From Candidatus Sericytochromatia bacterium (GTDB taxonomy: Bacteria > Cyanobacteriota > Sericytochromatia > S15B-MN24 > JAQBPE01): a stretch of 18,458 nucleotides of DNA. Location: positions 1 to 18,458 of the forward strand of contig JBBAPZ010000033.1 of the NCBI GenBank assembly GCA_040400605.1, in the 5' to 3' direction. Below the pieces are notes generated by a model. The model made no database searches and was not told where the DNA came from. It was given only the letters and a program-made list of their open reading frames with translations. The position numbers were made by a program, and so were the translations under genes. Each line of letters begins with the position of its first letter. Position 1 is the first letter of the stretch. This document shows positions 17,165-18,458 of this stretch, in pieces.

Positions 17165-18289
17165 TCAACGCGTTTCCGTAAAGCGTGTTCCAGAATTCAG
17201 CGCTTCGAATGTGGCGAGCACCTCGGCCGTGCCGACGATCATGAGGATATCCCCTGACTGTAATTGGCGTTCGGTGCGTGGATTCCAGTCGATATGTTCG
17301 CCTCGTCTGAGGCACAGGAAAGTCAACTCCAGGCGTTGCTGAATCTCATCGAGGGTTTGATGGATGAGCGGTGACTGGTTTGGAACGGTCATCTCAACCG
17401 TGTTGAGGGTGATGCCTTGCGTCACAAAGGAGTGAAGCACCTTTTGGGATGTGACAGCTGCGGCGAAGATGGGTGCTGCGAGTTCGGAAGTGCTGAAAGC
17501 CGCATCAATTTCAACCAGTTTTTCGATTTTTTTTGCCAGGCTTTGATCAAAGAGCCGGATCACGGTTCGGATGCCGGGTGCCACTTCGCGCGCGGACAAT
17601 GCGCTTTCGATATTGACCACATCATTGTCTGTGACAACCAAAATGGCGCGTGCCTTTTCGACACCCGCTTGCAGAAGTTGTTCACGCGCGCGGCAATCGC
17701 CTTTCAGCACCGGCATGCCCCGTTTTGCCAGTTCCCCGGCAAAGGGGTTATCGGCGATTTCGATGCCAACACAGTCGATGTGTGCGTCAAGCAGCCGTTG
17801 GGCGGTGCGGTAACCGACGTGACCGAGTCCGCAGATGATCACATGCTGTCGATACGTGCTGGCCAGCAAGATTTGCCATTCCTTTAACTGTAAACGTCGC
17901 TCAAACATAAGACCGGCGAAGCGGACCACCGCATCGATGATGACAAATAGTCCAAGTAAGGGCAATCCCAACAAAATCGCCTTGACAAACCAGGGGGCGT
18001 GAGACGGAAAGTTCAGAGCCGGCCCGAATGCAACCATCATCACCACGCTGTAAAGCGCGCGATCCCAATCAAGCGCCTCCTCGCCAGGGATGATGGGATA
18101 CCATTGTTTGAGAATCCACGCCGAAAACAGAATTACTGTGACACTGACTCCCAGTGACCACTGAAACCGCCCTGCGACAAGTTTCAAAAAGCGACACTCG
18201 GTGACCAGGTGAGACAGGGCACGGCGCAATCGCGCGCGGGTTGCTGTAGACACAAAAGACTGGAACCACGACTTAAACGGGTTGATCAT
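17165..18289 (-). CDS. Potassium-channel-like protein: 2TM + pore helix + RCK-N (TrkA-N) + RCK-C
   Basis: HVIICGLGHVGYR Rossmann motif, GDCRAREQLLQAGVEKARAI, TDNDVVNIE, C-terminal LQSGDILMIVG. Start uncertain (18337 or 18289). Confidence 0.88.
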   Translation of the reverse strand: MINPFKSWFQSFVSTATRARLRRALSHLVTECRFLKLVAGRFQWSLGVSVTVILFSAWILKQWYPIIPGEEALDWDRALYSVVMMVAFGPALNFPSHAPWFVKAILLGLPLLGLFVIIDAVVRFAGLMFERRLQLKEWQILLASTYRQHVIICGLGHVGYRTAQRLLDAHIDCVGIEIADNPFAGELAKRGMPVLKGDCRAREQLLQAGVEKARAILVVTDNDVVNIESALSAREVAPGIRTVIRLFDQSLAKKIEKLVEIDAAFSTSELAAPIFAAAVTSQKVLHSFVTQGITLNTVEMTVPNQSPLIHQTLDEIQQRLELTFLCLRRGEHIDWNPRTERQLQSGDILMIVGTAEVLATFEALNSGTRFTETR

Positions 18290-18458
18290 GCGGATGCTCG
18301 CTGACGGTCTGATCGTGAAAGTGCGTCTGAAGGGCAATCAACTTGTACCCGTGGTAACCCGCATTTGATCCTTGCCTGGCGTGAAGGGTGAGGAACTGTC
18401 GCGCCCGCGGAAAACCAAATCCGGAAGGTCAGATTACCAAAGTCGAAGCAAGGCCAAA

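Noticed and set aside
18338..18458. Possible 3' end of an upstream gene at the right edge
   Set aside because: Two minus frames close quickly and the third has no recognisable protein character.

Overview
Bacterial accessory-type region with no rRNA, tRNA, CRISPR array or transposase. Left to right it holds: a partial ORF, a class I SAM methyltransferase, a RimJ/RimL GNAT, a broken ATPase-TPR-SARP(BTAD) regulator, two tandem EF-hand lipoproteins, a membrane-anchored hypothetical, a PaiB-type FMN-binding protein, a scar of two truncated genes (GNAT, CoA-transferase III), a HAAS-membrane protein/PadR operon, a frameshifted GNAT, a small membrane protein, divergent arsC and acr3 without arsR, a 943-aa NHL-repeat lipoprotein with LIGNNSGG repeats, a lipoprotein with a starch-binding-type motif, and a channel-like 2TM-RCK protein. 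The best candidate for an undescribed system is a HAAS domain fused to an LptF/LptG-like permease body lacking the periplasmic jellyroll, coupled to PadR, with a 33-bp palindrome over its own sigma70-type promoter. Second is a possible UGA read-through of acr3 into a Cys-rich tail. All family calls come from reading motifs by eye; no database search was run. The lipoprotein style and GNN-GG repeats suggest a Sericytochromatia-like lineage, which is recollection only.
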